From assembly GCA_977018835.1 (NCBI GenBank), contig OZ361261.1:1364001-1428000 (forward strand): a stretch of DNA of 64,000 bases, written 5' to 3'. Source of the DNA: Minutocellus sp. GHC0000111 (taxonomy: Eukaryota). Both the position numbers and the translations under genes were made by a program. The notes under the pieces were generated by a model, which had not been told where the DNA came from, ran no database searches, and saw only the letters and a list, made by a program, of their open reading frames with translations. The stretch's first letter is position 1. Each line of letters starts with the position of its first letter. Shown here piece by piece: positions 24,421 to 36,476 of the stretch.

Positions 24421-24555
24421 TGAGCGGGCGGCTCTTCGCTTCCGCGCACCCGCGACATGTGAGTATGGCAAACAAGGAAGCTACGATAATTGCCACCCTC
24501 CAAGATCAGACCACCCTAGCTACTAGTAGCTAGTTATTCCGCATTCAGTGTCAAG

Positions 24556-25866
24556 ATGAGCTCTCTATCGGCGTCGCTTGTTGGACCGGCAGCAGCCCCG
24601 CCTCATTACTGTGAAAATGATCACGATGACGAGGCTTCGCCAATGATGGTGTTGTCATCGGCATCTTCCGAAGAATATCCGACCGACTATGAATGTCAAA
24701 GGCATGCCAGCGCCAATACTCTCAATTCCATACCCACTGCGCGTAGGGCGTCGTCTTCGGTAATATTGGCATGTCTCGCTGTATCTTTTGTGGCGGGGGT
24801 CCTCGCCACCGTCTTGATATCTGGCAGCACCAGCACAAGTAGCAACGAGAGCCAAGGCTACTTATCGACGATGCTTGACAGCACCGACAACAACCACGAA
24901 CACACCTCTTTACGCAGATCCTTCGTCTGCATCACGGGTCAATTGGAGCGTCTTGAGCTTGATAATAAGATCAACTCGGTCCTGTTCCCTCTCCGCGCAG
25001 CCGGCTATGAACCAGATGTAGCTCTGGTCTTGGACGACTCGTCTCTTCGTGTGACCAATGATGTTGGTCCAAAGGGAGTCGATTTTGACTATGCTCCTGT
25101 CTACACAGCCTTTGACGATGCCGCGCGAGATCTTCGAGATTTGGACTTCCATGTAGTTACCGGCTCACCGTATATCCAAGCGGCCGACCCAATCGTCAAC
25201 GAGGAGTACGTTCAGCATCTACAACAAAAGGCTGGAATGACTTACGAGCAGCACAGGGAACGCAGCAAGAACAACATCCGGATGATGGAGAGCTGGCAGC
25301 AGTGCTATGCCGAGATGATGGGCGACGTCGAGCGATCTTCAACTTATGATCTCGTAATTCGCGTCCGTGAGGATGCTGGATTTCTCGAAGCACTGGACAT
25401 TGACTTTCTAAAGCAGGAGCTTGCCAAGTCATCCAGAACTGTCATTTCGAACGGTTGCCGAACAAGTCACGGGATGAACGACAAGGCCGCCGTCGTTTCG
25501 AGAGATGCCGCACGGTCGTACTTTTTGTCCCCACTTCAGTACTACTACACTCGACCAATCCACGACAATGTCTTCTCGTCGGAAAGTTTCATCTACTACG
25601 TGTATCAGGCAGAGGGCCTTTTGCTGCTAAAACCACCAGAGATCCGTTCGGTGGTCAAGCTCGTTACCGACAGGGATGGCAACACCAAGCTATTTCCCGG
25701 GGAAAAGAAAACTCTCATTCACATGTGCAGGGTACGAATTGATAATGATGGGGCACCGAGTAACTGTACTATGGTGTGGGACGCCGAGAATCGCGATCTG
25801 CAGGACGTATCTTCGATTTGCTGGCCGCATACTATGAAGGATCCAGAATGTGCGACATGCAAGTAA
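24556..25866 (+). CDS. Type II membrane protein, putative glycan-modifying enzyme
   Basis: 436-aa ORF with a single TM helix; CITGQ, YDLVIRVRED and GMND motifs. Confidence 0.6.
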   Translation: MSSLSASLVGPAAAPPHYCENDHDDEASPMMVLSSASSEEYPTDYECQRHASANTLNSIPTARRASSSVILACLAVSFVAGVLATVLISGSTSTSSNESQGYLSTMLDSTDNNHEHTSLRRSFVCITGQLERLELDNKINSVLFPLRAAGYEPDVALVLDDSSLRVTNDVGPKGVDFDYAPVYTAFDDAARDLRDLDFHVVTGSPYIQAADPIVNEEYVQHLQQKAGMTYEQHRERSKNNIRMMESWQQCYAEMMGDVERSSTYDLVIRVREDAGFLEALDIDFLKQELAKSSRTVISNGCRTSHGMNDKAAVVSRDAARSYFLSPLQYYYTRPIHDNVFSSESFIYYVYQAEGLLLLKPPEIRSVVKLVTDRDGNTKLFPGEKKTLIHMCRVRIDNDGAPSNCTMVWDAENRDLQDVSSICWPHTMKDPECATCK

Positions 25867-26068
25867 TAGGTTCGACGAAACGACATGTACATATCAAGAG
25901 GACATATCCGGACAAATTCATTATATTCATGTAATTGTAGAGTAAAAAGGTGTACTTTATAAATTTTCGATCGCTTACATACTACGCCGCAAATTCATCC
26001 ACTAATTTCTTCGTCGCTCTGCTCTGAGCTTTCGCGAAGTCCACTATGAAAGACAACCGAATCATTGT

Positions 26069-27467
26069 CTACATTTTCTCTTGCAAAAATTCCCAAGACC
26101 CCCCTTCTTTGCCAAATATGTATTCTTCCATGGTCGATATCGCTGCTTTCAGTACGCTGATTTTGGTGGGAATATCTTTTGGACTGATGAGGCTACTTGT
26201 CTCTCCTTCTTCCATAGAACGCAGTCTTTCGATCCAACTTTGTGCAATGTCGATGCACCCTTGTTGCACAGGATCAGCTCCGGACTCAAGTAGTTGTTTC
26301 ATCTTTGCTAATTTCACCCTTGAGGACCTGCCAACACCAGCATATGCATATAAATTCATTAAAGAATCAATAAGGGGAGTGATTTCATCATTTTCCTCTT
26401 GTGCATACAATGAATTAATATCTTCACAATCCGGCTGGTCCAAGAGAGCCTTTAAATATCGGGGACGAATGCAGTCTTTTTCCAGTGCGTATTGAACAAG
26501 GTTCACATCGCGTGATTCCTCGCCATCCTCGAAACTGGCATCATCAATTATTGACGCTTGGCTATTTGGATCGATCTTGGGAAGTCCCATGAGGTATTTG
26601 AAACAACCCCATTGATCTTCAACCATTGCTTCCGAGAGCAGGTGAACTCGGCGGTAGCTACTAAGACTGCTCCACATCATTGAATTGATGTCAACCCCAA
26701 CATCCTCGACCAAGCATTTGAGCACGTCCAGGAGGCCACATTCGATGGCCACGGCTGGATTGTTGAAGAAGACGAAGGGATTGACTCGGAACGCTAGATC
26801 GCCTTCCTCATCAATTCTCGAGGCAAGCGCAAACTCTTCTACACCCTCGGAACAGCAAAGATTCCTCCAATTCGGATTGACCCTCATCCATGCGCGAATA
26901 TTTTTGGACAACTTTCTCTTTTTCTTACGAGCGGCGACATCACCAGCACGTCCGATGTACGCGATTTCTCGGCAAGTTTCGAGTACATACTCAAAACCGG
27001 CATCGTTATCTTTTAGGTATGCTACTCGGCAGGCATTGGCATCCGTTGGGCCGACTGCCAGGAGGATATTCATAAGAGTATTCTGAGCAACGTTGCCATT
27101 AGAGCTGCTTCCCCAAGGAATGAAAGTAAAAATCGAAGCAATGATTTCAGACGGGAAAAGAAGATGCTCGCCGTCGTCAGAGATATGATCTGGCATGGGT
27201 GCGACGTTCGGGTATTCAACAAGTGGTACTAGGACCGCGAGAGCGTTCAATGAGATTCTCTGGTCGACTATCGCCTTTGACTGGCCCAAACAATGAGAAT
27301 GGAACTCACCGCGCGGCAAGACGAACGAGTGCATGTAGCATGCGCGGCCCATATCTCAAAACGGTACTGGCGGCATATCTTGTCGGCCTTCGAGAAGATT
27401 TTGGGTTGGGCCTTCGAGAAGATTTTGGGTTGGGGTTGATCCCCGAAGATCTCATAGGGGTCTTCAT
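26069..27467 (-). CDS. Ankyrin-repeat-like protein (probable intron starting ~27310)
   Basis: AIECGLLDVLKCLVEDVGVDIN, TPL and LLESGADP ankyrin-like motifs; GTGAGT donor after a short first exon. Confidence 0.65.
27385..27435. repeat. 24-bp tandem duplication (ggccttcgagaagattttgggttg x2), encoding PNPKSSRR x2 on the minus strand
   Basis: Directly visible. Confidence 0.9.
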
Positions 27468-27583
27468 GACGCCTCCATAAAAAAGTTGCAAAAAAAATCT
27501 CGTGCCAGTTGATCTTTCGTCATCAACAAAGCAATAACAAGATCTACTCGAAAGCTGCAACAGGTTCTATCTTCTCTAACCTT

Positions 27584-28925
27584 TTAAACTATGTGCCGAT
27601 CCTGATTCCCTTGATCCTGAACAGTCCATTTCTGCTCCGCAATCAGTGCAAGATCATCTCGATCGAGAGTACCGGATTCATCTCTGTCAAGCTTGGCAAA
27701 CAATTTGCGGATTTCCAAGATGCTTCTCTTGTCTGCTTTCCCCATTGCAAGTAGCATAAAAGATATAAAATCGGCCTCGGACACCTGCCCGTCGCCGTCG
27801 TCATCCATCTCTTCAAGGTCGCTGAGCGCTAGTTCTCTCTCTAGAAACTTCTTTTCTGCCATGCGCGCCTCTCTCTTCAACCGACTTCCTGCAATCTGCC
27901 CCAATATCTGACCAACAACTGCCACCGATGCCGGGATAAATAGCAAAGATAGGAGCCTCATCGACGGCAAAACTGGTGCAACATCACCTATACCAATAGT
28001 GGTGGTTGTGATTACCGCATAGTAAATCGACTTGCCAATTGTCCACCCTTCAAAGTGTCCAATGGTGCATGCAACTATGAAAACAATCAGCAGCAACGGC
28101 ATAACCTTCTTCACAATATTCAATGCATCTTTGAATGTGGCCAAACAACTCGAGTCAGCATTGTCATTCCTCGGTGCCATGCTCAAAGCTCTGTCCACAC
28201 CGGAGTTTGATTCTTCATCCTCGTCATCTTCAACGCCCGAGGCAAAGATGTGAACAAGCCGTCTTTTTGCTTTCTCTCTTCGCGACTCATACGCCCGTTG
28301 CTGCTGCTCCAATATCCGTTGGCCCAGTATACCCAAACCGATTGCAATGATGCAAACCCCGTAAATGGCAAAGAACCCAGTAAATATTTGGCTTGGGGCA
28401 TTTGTAGGAGCAGGGGAACCATATCCAACGGTGGCTATAATATTTGGTACAGTGTGACAGATTCGAATCAATGAAACGAAAGAGTGTGAGATGTGCCAAA
28501 GAAAAGTTGCCAAACATATGGCTGCGGTCAGTATTGTCTACTTAGGATCGAAGCGACCCAAGAATACATGGCATGTACTCACTGAATGTAGTGACGGAGA
28601 AGTAGAGGCTATCAATTATTGACCATTCCTCGAACACGAACGAGTAGGCACAGACTCCAACGTCAAGGTACAGAACAAAGTAGACGAAGCACTCCCTGAA
28701 CGCCAGCGTGGCCGGTTGGAATCCATCCGCAAAGCTTGGCTGCCGCCGGTCATTTGGTGGTGGGTTGGACATTAGTAATGCGGATGGTTGTAGGGATGCG
28801 GACTCTTCGTCGTCGAGGAGTGGCGAAGCGAGGGACATGTGATCATGATCAGTGGCTGCCTCGCCATTCTGCGAGGCGGTGGGGCTCATCATCGCCGACT
28901 CTGGGGACTGCCGCTTCCGTATCAT
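27584..28925 (-). CDS. Two-pore (TPK/KCO-type) potassium channel with C-terminal EF-hands; intron 28582-28435
   Basis: Spliced pore 1 SLYFSVTTFTTVGYG, pore 2 TTIGIGD, EF-hands DDDGDGQVSEADF and DRDESGTLD. Confidence 0.9.
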
Positions 28926-29168
28926 GATTGACTGCGAATGAGGCTGCAGCACGGTGGTTGCTTCCGATGCTCGCAGTGGTTCTTTGTTCTTGACTGAACT
29001 GGCGTGATGTGCTTGTTTACTTAAAATTTCGCCGACGATCACTTCGCCGAGCTGCAGAGAGCGACTGATCCGGGGCCCCTGATCCGATGCGGACCTGCTC
29101 TGCAGACCATGACAGATGCAGGCCAACGACGCTTCTTCTTGCTGCCATTTTATTAGATACCGACCAAC

Positions 29169-30911
29169 ATGTCGCAACAACCCAAAGCCACCCCAGTGGC
29201 CAGCACGTACGTCGCCGGCGATGACCCCTCCCGCCTCAAGGATGCCGCCGCCTACCTGGGCCTGGACCGGGCACGCCGGCCCACAGGCCGAGTTCGGGAG
29301 GCCGTCGGGTCGCTCCTGCTGGACACGACGCTGGAGTCGGCCAGGATGCACTCCGTCGGAACGCTGGCCAGCGACGAGCGGGTCGACGAGGGCGGGACCA
29401 TCCATCTGATGACGCTGACCCGACGGCGACGGGCGGCCCGGGCGGCCTACGAAGGCGGGGGGGATTTGATGAGCATCTTCGAGAAGCCAATGGAGATTGC
29501 CGAAGGGGGAGAGGGAGGGGAAGAAGGCGAAGAAGAATATGAGGTGGTCGATACCGTGGAGGGTGGATCCCTTGGCGCCGCCACTTTTGGCATCATCAAG
29601 GGTACCATTGGCCCATCCATCCTTTTCTTACCCCGTGGATTCAAGATGGCTGGTTGGGGCGTGGCCATTCCTGCGCTGCTGTTCTCCACGGCAACCTACC
29701 TGTACAGTGCCGGCAGACTGTTGGATTGCTGGCGCATCGAGAAGCGCAAGATCGAACGATTAGAGGAGATCAAGGCTCTATTAGGAGATACCGAGGGAAA
29801 CTACGGCGCTACCGATGATGCAGGTGATGCGCCACCTGAAGCGCCCAAGGGTCCTGTTGATCCGCACCTTGCTTCGTCGGATGGGACCATGTTGACTTAT
29901 CCGGAACTTGCAAAGAGAGCCTTTGGGGAATATTCCGTATTTGTTTCCGCTGGAATTGCCGTGCTGCAGTTTGGGGTTTGCCTCACCTATTTCATTTTTG
30001 TACCAGAAAATTTAGTTGCCGTCACGCATTCCTTGACCGGAAAGGCCGTGCCACAAGAGGCGTTCCTTATTGCCATGATATTCGCAGAAATCCCATTTAC
30101 TTGGATCCGTGATATTCGACGTCTCACTCCAACCAACATTCTGGCATCGTTGCTCATCTTCTTTGGGTTGGCATCGTGTCTTGGCATTGCACTTTTTAAA
30201 GATTACGGCGATAGCTCCCTCATCAAAGAGATATCGCAGCTTCCACCAGTCAACCATGAGACTTGGTTCATGTTCATTGGCACTGCCTTTTATATGTTTG
30301 AGGGTGCGATGACGCTCGTGGTTCCCCTGCAAGAAGCGGTGTTTACCCCGGAAGACAAGGCCAAATTCCCAGCACTCAACAAGCGCGTCATGTGGTGCAT
30401 CGTCACGTTTTACTGTTTCTTCGCCACCACCTGCTGGGCGGCGTTTGGCGAAGGCCTCAAGACGGCGATGACGGCATCGCTTCCACCGGGAGCCTTGGCA
30501 ACGGCAGTGCAAATAGCTTATTCCATTGCCGTCTTCTTTACTTTTCCTCTTCAGGTCTTTCCAGCGTTGGAGGTCACTCTCAAAACGGGTGCCAAGGCCG
30601 GAACGTCAGACCATGGGTATGATGCGGCCATATTTCAAAGGAATATCAAGGCATCGTTCTTGGTCTGCCTGCTTGGCTTCATTGCCTACTTTGCGCAAGA
30701 TTATCTTGGCAACGTAGCCAGTATTTTGGGCTCGGCTATTGGTGTGCCAGTGGCGTTGATATGCCCCAACCTGATGCACAATATCCTGGCCAAAGATATC
30801 TCGTTCTGTACTCGAATGATGAACTACTGCGTCGTCTGCATCGGAGTGTTTGCCTTCGTCGTGGCATCAACTACCACAATTTTGAATTGGAGCTCCGGCG
30901 CTGAAGGCTAA
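29169..30911 (+). CDS. Amino acid/auxin permease (AAAP; SLC36/AVT3-like) transporter
   Basis: IKGTIGPSILFLPRGF, QFGVCLTYFIF, YMFEG and TFPLQ motifs; about 11 TM helices. Confidence 0.9.
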   Translation: MSQQPKATPVASTYVAGDDPSRLKDAAAYLGLDRARRPTGRVREAVGSLLLDTTLESARMHSVGTLASDERVDEGGTIHLMTLTRRRRAARAAYEGGGDLMSIFEKPMEIAEGGEGGEEGEEEYEVVDTVEGGSLGAATFGIIKGTIGPSILFLPRGFKMAGWGVAIPALLFSTATYLYSAGRLLDCWRIEKRKIERLEEIKALLGDTEGNYGATDDAGDAPPEAPKGPVDPHLASSDGTMLTYPELAKRAFGEYSVFVSAGIAVLQFGVCLTYFIFVPENLVAVTHSLTGKAVPQEAFLIAMIFAEIPFTWIRDIRRLTPTNILASLLIFFGLASCLGIALFKDYGDSSLIKEISQLPPVNHETWFMFIGTAFYMFEGAMTLVVPLQEAVFTPEDKAKFPALNKRVMWCIVTFYCFFATTCWAAFGEGLKTAMTASLPPGALATAVQIAYSIAVFFTFPLQVFPALEVTLKTGAKAGTSDHGYDAAIFQRNIKASFLVCLLGFIAYFAQDYLGNVASILGSAIGVPVALICPNLMHNILAKDISFCTRMMNYCVVCIGVFAFVVASTTTILNWSSGAEG

Positions 30912-31002
30912 GGATGATGTAGAGGGAATAACAGCAAGTAAAATCAAAATGTATCGCGATTATTTGACAATATATGTGTATAGTCTGCAAAGAAAGTCTT
31001 CA

Positions 31003-31613
31003 TCAGCGCAGCAAAACCTCGCCATCTTCGGCCAACGTCTTGGAGAACTCGGTTTTTGATACATCGACCTCGCCGTTCACCAATTCATACACATAACACA
31101 CCACCTTGGATCCTTGTACCGCCAATAACACAAAGCTAGGAGTGACGCCGGGATTGGTTGCCGAGTATGCCCCGGTGATGCTGCCCGGGTTGATGTGAAA
31201 GAATCCCTCCTGCTCCACAACCTCATTCTTATGCGTGTGGCCACTGATGAGGATGTCACAACCCAGCTTCCGCCGCATCATCCCCAAAGCCATGTGGTCG
31301 CCCCAGGGAGTTAACTGATGACCATGGATGACCCCAATGCGAAATTCTCCGACGGTCACCACGGTCGTTTCCGGAAACGCCGCCGATTGCGGACCGGTGA
31401 ATTCCATATCGCCCGCCACGACGTGAACGTTGGGGGCCAATCTCGCAGTCCCTCAAAGTTTTCCTTGGAACCCAGATTGCCGGTGCAGATGACATGCTGC
31501 ATTTTGTTGGGCACCAACATCCGCTTGAACTTCTCGGGGATGGCCGATGCACGGTAAGGGATGTGCAAATCACCCAGGACCAGTACAAGCTCTCCGATAC
31601 CTTGATTGACCAA
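31003..31613 (-). CDS. VPS29: Retromer subunit VPS29 (frameshift near 31440; exact start uncertain)
   Basis: [40 protein letters not shown] and INPGS.TGA motifs. Confidence 0.93.
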
Positions 31614-31928
31614 CTTGCTTGCAAAATCTTTCTATTTTCATCACGATGACGTCAATGGCAGAAAGCCCCCTGCCTGCCTACGCCTGCCGTGTGGGCCGTG
31701 GGGCGCCGCATCGCCGCAAGCAAGCAAGAGAAGCAAACCAAACCAAACACATGACGTGTTGGCCGCTGCATAATTGGTCCAATTGACTTGACTATCGCTT
31801 GTTGGTCTAGAGAGCCTCTGCTCCCTGGCGCTTCTCTGACGGCATTGAGCTGAGAGGGTGGGGTTTTACCAATCGCAAATCGAAGCACATTTATTTCATT
31901 ATTTCCGGGCCGGGAGCGAAAAATAAAA

Positions 31929-33548
31929 ATGACGAGGTCGTGCCGGTCTGTTCTCTCCTCGGCGGTAGCTGCGGTCCTCCTTGTTCTACTGCAACAAATG
32001 CCGACCGCTGGTGCTACCAAGCACAATTTCGTCACCAAGGAGGACGCGCGCTTCTTCATCGGTCCGATCGGTATCCCGTACGGCTTCACGGCCGGCGGAC
32101 ATTTCAATCTGACCGTTTTTTATTTTCAGCTGACTGTCGGTCATCGGCATCACGGACACACCCGCGGGGAGGACGATGCCATGGCGGAGTCCATCCTGAA
32201 CAGCGTCGAGGCTGGCTTTCTCTTGAAGCGATTCGACACCGAGAGCGACTTTGCCACCTACTACGAAACCATTCTGGACGATCACACCCTGTGCAGCTTT
32301 GAGAAGTTCCGGACCAAGCGCAGTGCGGTGGGTGATGAGGTCGACGATCCGTTGGAGCAGAATGACGATGAGTTTGGTCCGATTGATGATACCGACGATG
32401 CCACTGGTGCCGGCGTGTTCCTATCGATGAAGAGCTCCGATCGGACGTGGAAGCCCAACACCCCGTCAGTAGAGTACACCTTCGAAACTCCCGACGAGGA
32501 GGGCATGTACTTCCTCATGTATCAGGTATGTCAGTTGGATCGGGCCGACCCCAATGACAAGCACTTCAAGGAGATCCGGTCGACGTTCGAGCTGGACATA
32601 TCGATGAAGAACTACGACGACTTTGGCAATGTGTCGTATCTGACGGCGGGTGAGATGCTACTGCCGCGGGTGTTTTTGTACTTCAGTATCTCGTTTCTGA
32701 TGTGCACCGTCATTTGGATTCAGATGCTCCGATCTCCCGTCGGTGGTCCCGGCGGAGCTCGGCCCAAGGTGCTGCCCATTCATCACATGATGACAGCCCT
32801 TCTTGTCCTCAAAACGTTGAGCATCTTCTTCGAGTCGGTGCGATACCATTACATCCGCGTCACTGGCCATGCCGAGTTCTGGAGCTTTGTTTATTATACA
32901 TTTGCATTCTTGAAGGGAACGTTTCTCTTCACGGTCATCCTTCTCATTGGCTCGGGTTGGAGTTTCGTCAAGCCGTTTCTAAACGAGCGAGAGAAAAAAG
33001 TGGTCGCGGTGGTTTTGCTTTTACAGGTGATTGATAATTTGGCTCTTGTTGTTCTGAATGCGGAAACTGAGGGAGAGCAAAGATTTGACGACTGGAGCGC
33101 AATCTTACATCTTGTGGATATAATATGCTGCTGCGCCGTTCTTGTTCCGATCGTTTGGTCGGTCAACGCATTGGAAAAGTCCATCGAACAAAACGCGGAA
33201 TCCAAAGCAGCAGAGGCAGGAGGTGGCAAGGCAGCACCGCCTCCAGGTAGTGAGGATGCAAAGACCTTGGAGAAACTCAAGCTGTTCCGATCGTTTTACC
33301 TTCTGGTTGTGGCATATGTGTACTTCACTCGGATTATTGTTTATCTCTTTGCAACAATGCTGGACTACCGCCACACATGGCTGCGATATGCCGTCACTGA
33401 GCTTGGAACGCTCGCCTTTTACGTCGTCGTTGGCATCAAGTTCCGACCGGTGGCCGACAACCAGTACGCTCCAGTTCGACGGGATGAGGACGATGCCTCG
33501 AACCAAGTGGAGATGGGAAAGGTGCGAAGTGGAAAGGCCAAGGACTAG
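31929..33548 (+). CDS. GPR107/GPR108-like (lung seven-transmembrane, GOST family) protein
   Basis: YLTAGE..LP, IHHMM, LIGSGWSFVKPFL..REKK, LVDIICCCAVL.PIVWS and FRP motifs. Confidence 0.9.
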   Translation: MTRSCRSVLSSAVAAVLLVLLQQMPTAGATKHNFVTKEDARFFIGPIGIPYGFTAGGHFNLTVFYFQLTVGHRHHGHTRGEDDAMAESILNSVEAGFLLKRFDTESDFATYYETILDDHTLCSFEKFRTKRSAVGDEVDDPLEQNDDEFGPIDDTDDATGAGVFLSMKSSDRTWKPNTPSVEYTFETPDEEGMYFLMYQVCQLDRADPNDKHFKEIRSTFELDISMKNYDDFGNVSYLTAGEMLLPRVFLYFSISFLMCTVIWIQMLRSPVGGPGGARPKVLPIHHMMTALLVLKTLSIFFESVRYHYIRVTGHAEFWSFVYYTFAFLKGTFLFTVILLIGSGWSFVKPFLNEREKKVVAVVLLLQVIDNLALVVLNAETEGEQRFDDWSAILHLVDIICCCAVLVPIVWSVNALEKSIEQNAESKAAEAGGGKAAPPPGSEDAKTLEKLKLFRSFYLLVVAYVYFTRIIVYLFATMLDYRHTWLRYAVTELGTLAFYVVVGIKFRPVADNQYAPVRRDEDDASNQVEMGKVRSGKAKD

Positions 33549-33708
33549 TTGCATAGTCAGGCAAATAAATTCAATCATTAGCTAGCAATCGTGCACATAT
33601 ATACTAGTATGTCGTAACAGGCAAAGGACTATTTAAGAAGAGACACGTTGTGCAAATAAATTTGAATCATCATTAGCTAGCTGGTACACTGTCGCTCGTG
33701 CAGACTTT

Positions 33709-34914
33709 CTATCTCTTGCTCTCGCTCTTGGACCCCTTTACATCATGTGCACCCTCCACACGAAGCAGACGACGAAAGAATTCGAAGAAGACGAAGAATG
33801 CACCGTTGGCTGGAATTTTGTGCATCATTCTCGGAACAATACCTCTCATGAATACCGCCGGTCCAGCCTCCTCCAAAGCCATTTTGGTGCAAAGTATAAC
33901 ACTACCACCATATAGTTCCGGCTCAACTTGCAAACGAGTTTTGAGCACGTCCAACGGATTCGTCATGAAGCTTCCAAAGCCACCGGCAGTTGCACCGGCA
34001 ACTGCATCTCGAAACGGCGACGTCGTTTCGGCCTGAGTCACGTAGTTATCTCGCAAAATTTCGTAAGCCATGAGAGTAAAGATGGCATAGGGTATATCCC
34101 TCAACATTTGGATGGCCACACCTCCACTGGGGAAGAATGCCTTCATGCCATCGGCCTTGAACATGGCCGACAGGCACGTCATGGTGCCAGTATACTGACC
34201 CGTTTGTAGCTTCTGCTTGACCACCTCGTATGGTACCCGAAAGGCCGATGCCGCTGCATTGCCCAAAGCCGCCGAAATTCCCACGGCAACCAACTTGAGT
34301 GCATTGTCCGACATGATCGGCGCCTTGCCTTCACCATCGTCACTTCTCTGGGACCCATACGTCTCCTGAAGGTACGGTATGAGCACCCTCTTGCCATAGC
34401 TATATACGCCATAATAAATGCCAATCGACGGCATACTTCCAATGGCACTGGCAGCCAGTCCGGCATAAAGCTCCCAGAACCCAGCCCCGCCTTTTCGTGT
34501 GGTGATCATCTTGGCCGCCGACAGGAGGGACAGGTCGCCCTCGTGATGCTGCTGGACGGACTTGATGGTGTCAAAGGGTTGGAGGAGCGATTTGGCACAG
34601 AGCGATGCCAGGGCGCTAGCAAGGCTGTTCTTGAGTCCCTCGACAGCGTCTGACGAGGATGATGACGATGATTCGCCACCGCCACGTTTGATGGCAGTAG
34701 TCAACGCAGCGGATGAACGACGACGGCGATGCCTTCTCTCTTTTTGCTTGCGGTCGTTTTCACCTCCACCTACATTTGGCACGTCTCCTGCAGACGCATG
34801 CGGTGTTGATGCTTGCACGATGCGTCTGCTCGGTGCTGCAGAAGCGCTGCCGGCTAGACACAACGCGAGGCAGATAAGGATACTGCGCCTCAATGGAGTC
34901 ATCATCGTGGCCAA
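33709..34914 (-). CDS. Mitochondrial carrier family protein (SAM-carrier-like) with an N-terminal signal peptide
   Basis: Three PxD/ExxK signature repeats (PFDTIK, PYEVVKQKLQ, PLDVLKTRLQ). Confidence 0.85.
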   Translation of the reverse strand: MATMMTPLRRSILICLALCLAGSASAAPSRRIVQASTPHASAGDVPNVGGGENDRKQKERRHRRRRSSAALTTAIKRGGGESSSSSSSDAVEGLKNSLASALASLCAKSLLQPFDTIKSVQQHHEGDLSLLSAAKMITTRKGGAGFWELYAGLAASAIGSMPSIGIYYGVYSYGKRVLIPYLQETYGSQRSDDGEGKAPIMSDNALKLVAVGISAALGNAAASAFRVPYEVVKQKLQTGQYTGTMTCLSAMFKADGMKAFFPSGGVAIQMLRDIPYAIFTLMAYEILRDNYVTQAETTSPFRDAVAGATAGGFGSFMTNPLDVLKTRLQVEPELYGGSVILCTKMALEEAGPAVFMRGIVPRMMHKIPANGAFFVFFEFFRRLLRVEGAHDVKGSKSESKR

Positions 34915-35141
34915 TCAAGTCGACGTGAGGGGTGCAATGCAATGGTCTCACAAGGGCCGGCCATGCAACAGTATGTACGGCAAAAATGAGCGGACGACCG
35001 ACAATGATGAACACCGAATTTGTAATTGGAGTCTTCTCATCCGCCTACGACTGCCTCATTTTTTCTCAACGACGAGCAAGTTGAGGCGGTATCCTTTCGC
35101 TTCGCCGCTACCGCATCCCGAGCGTACTATAACAGGCAGTC

Positions 35142-36275
35142 ATGAAGACAATCATTTCTTCAGTTTTGGCACTATCTCTGGCCTTGCCGGCATTGGGATT
35201 TGTTGGAAAGTCAGGACGTAAATTTTCGGCGCAGAACCATGCAACCCATCACAACATGCGCATGCCGAAAAATGACGCATGCGATGGAATTGATGGTAGT
35301 AATGGCGCCATGAGTAATGTCGAAGTACCCGCAAGCCGACGTTACTTTCTCGGAAAAGCGGCAACGGCTACCGCCGCTGCCCTAATCACCACCACGCCAG
35401 CAGCCAATGCGGTAGAACGGGCCGTCGGTGCCGCCGAGTCCAAGTGCCGCCAGGAAGGCAATTGCTTGGAGCAAGGCGATTGGGACGGTGCCGTCGGTTG
35501 GAACTGGGGCGGACGGGATCGATGCGACGCCACCGATCCTCTCTGCGGGCCCGACGGCAAGCTGCGCGATGCACCGCTCGCAGGGGCGCCCGTTCCAGAT
35601 GTGCAGGGCCAGGACATTACCGACGTTGTCGAGCTCAAGCTCAAGATTGGCAGAGGGGACGAGGTTGTGATGAGGATTGGTCTGTATGGAAAGGCCTGCC
35701 CTGCGTCGATTGCTCAGATCTTGGCGTTGTGCACCTCGGATCGAATTGGTGGACTGGCAACTACCTCGAAGCTGCTGTTTGAGGAGGGATACGGAGCCTA
35801 TTCGGCACCTGTATCTATTTGTCGTGGAGGACTGCTGACCACGTTGTACCCCAACCAACGATTGGACTTTGGCATACCCTCCCAAGCGGCGTCGTATGCC
35901 AAGAGTCGCAACCAGGCCAAGGCGGGTGATGGATTTTTACCCCAACCTCGGCCGACGACGCAGGATGCTGATGTCATTGCGAAGGAACCCTTTGCGAGGA
36001 AGCATGATGTTGCTGGTCTCGTCTCTCTTCCTACCAAGGGCATTGGATATGGTGGTACCGGATTCGAATCTGAGGATGAGGCCTATGCCAGCTCGTTCCA
36101 AATTACAGCCACGGCCATGCCATCCATGGATAAGGAAGGACGACGAGTGGTCGGGCAGCTCATGGATGCCGAGAGTATGGCTGCATTGGCTCGCATTTCC
36201 AGCTTGCCAACCAACAAGGGTCTCAAAGGGATTGTGCCAGGGCAGAATTATGGCCCTCCTCTGACGGCTGTCTAG
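35142..36275 (+). CDS. Plastid (thylakoid lumen) cyclophilin-type PPIase-like protein
   Basis: Signal peptide plus transit peptide, twin-Arg SRRYFL..AxA, IGLYGK.CP, H...GLVSL, FQIT, VVGQ and GPP motifs. Confidence 0.8.
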   Translation: MKTIISSVLALSLALPALGFVGKSGRKFSAQNHATHHNMRMPKNDACDGIDGSNGAMSNVEVPASRRYFLGKAATATAAALITTTPAANAVERAVGAAESKCRQEGNCLEQGDWDGAVGWNWGGRDRCDATDPLCGPDGKLRDAPLAGAPVPDVQGQDITDVVELKLKIGRGDEVVMRIGLYGKACPASIAQILALCTSDRIGGLATTSKLLFEEGYGAYSAPVSICRGGLLTTLYPNQRLDFGIPSQAASYAKSRNQAKAGDGFLPQPRPTTQDADVIAKEPFARKHDVAGLVSLPTKGIGYGGTGFESEDEAYASSFQITATAMPSMDKEGRRVVGQLMDAESMAALARISSLPTNKGLKGIVPGQNYGPPLTAV

Positions 36276-36476
36276 GTGTTGGAGTGCGCAACGGCATCTA
36301 CCAGCAGTGCTAGTGGAGATACCGTGGGCAGTGAAGCTTCCACATAAGTAGAATACGTTCAATTAAGTGATGCAAAAACCACGTGTTTTAGAGTAACAAA
36401 CACATTCGTAAACTTAGCTAATTAAACCTATAGATTCGCCGAAATGCGATTGTGTTGGAAGAAATATGTATGTGCC

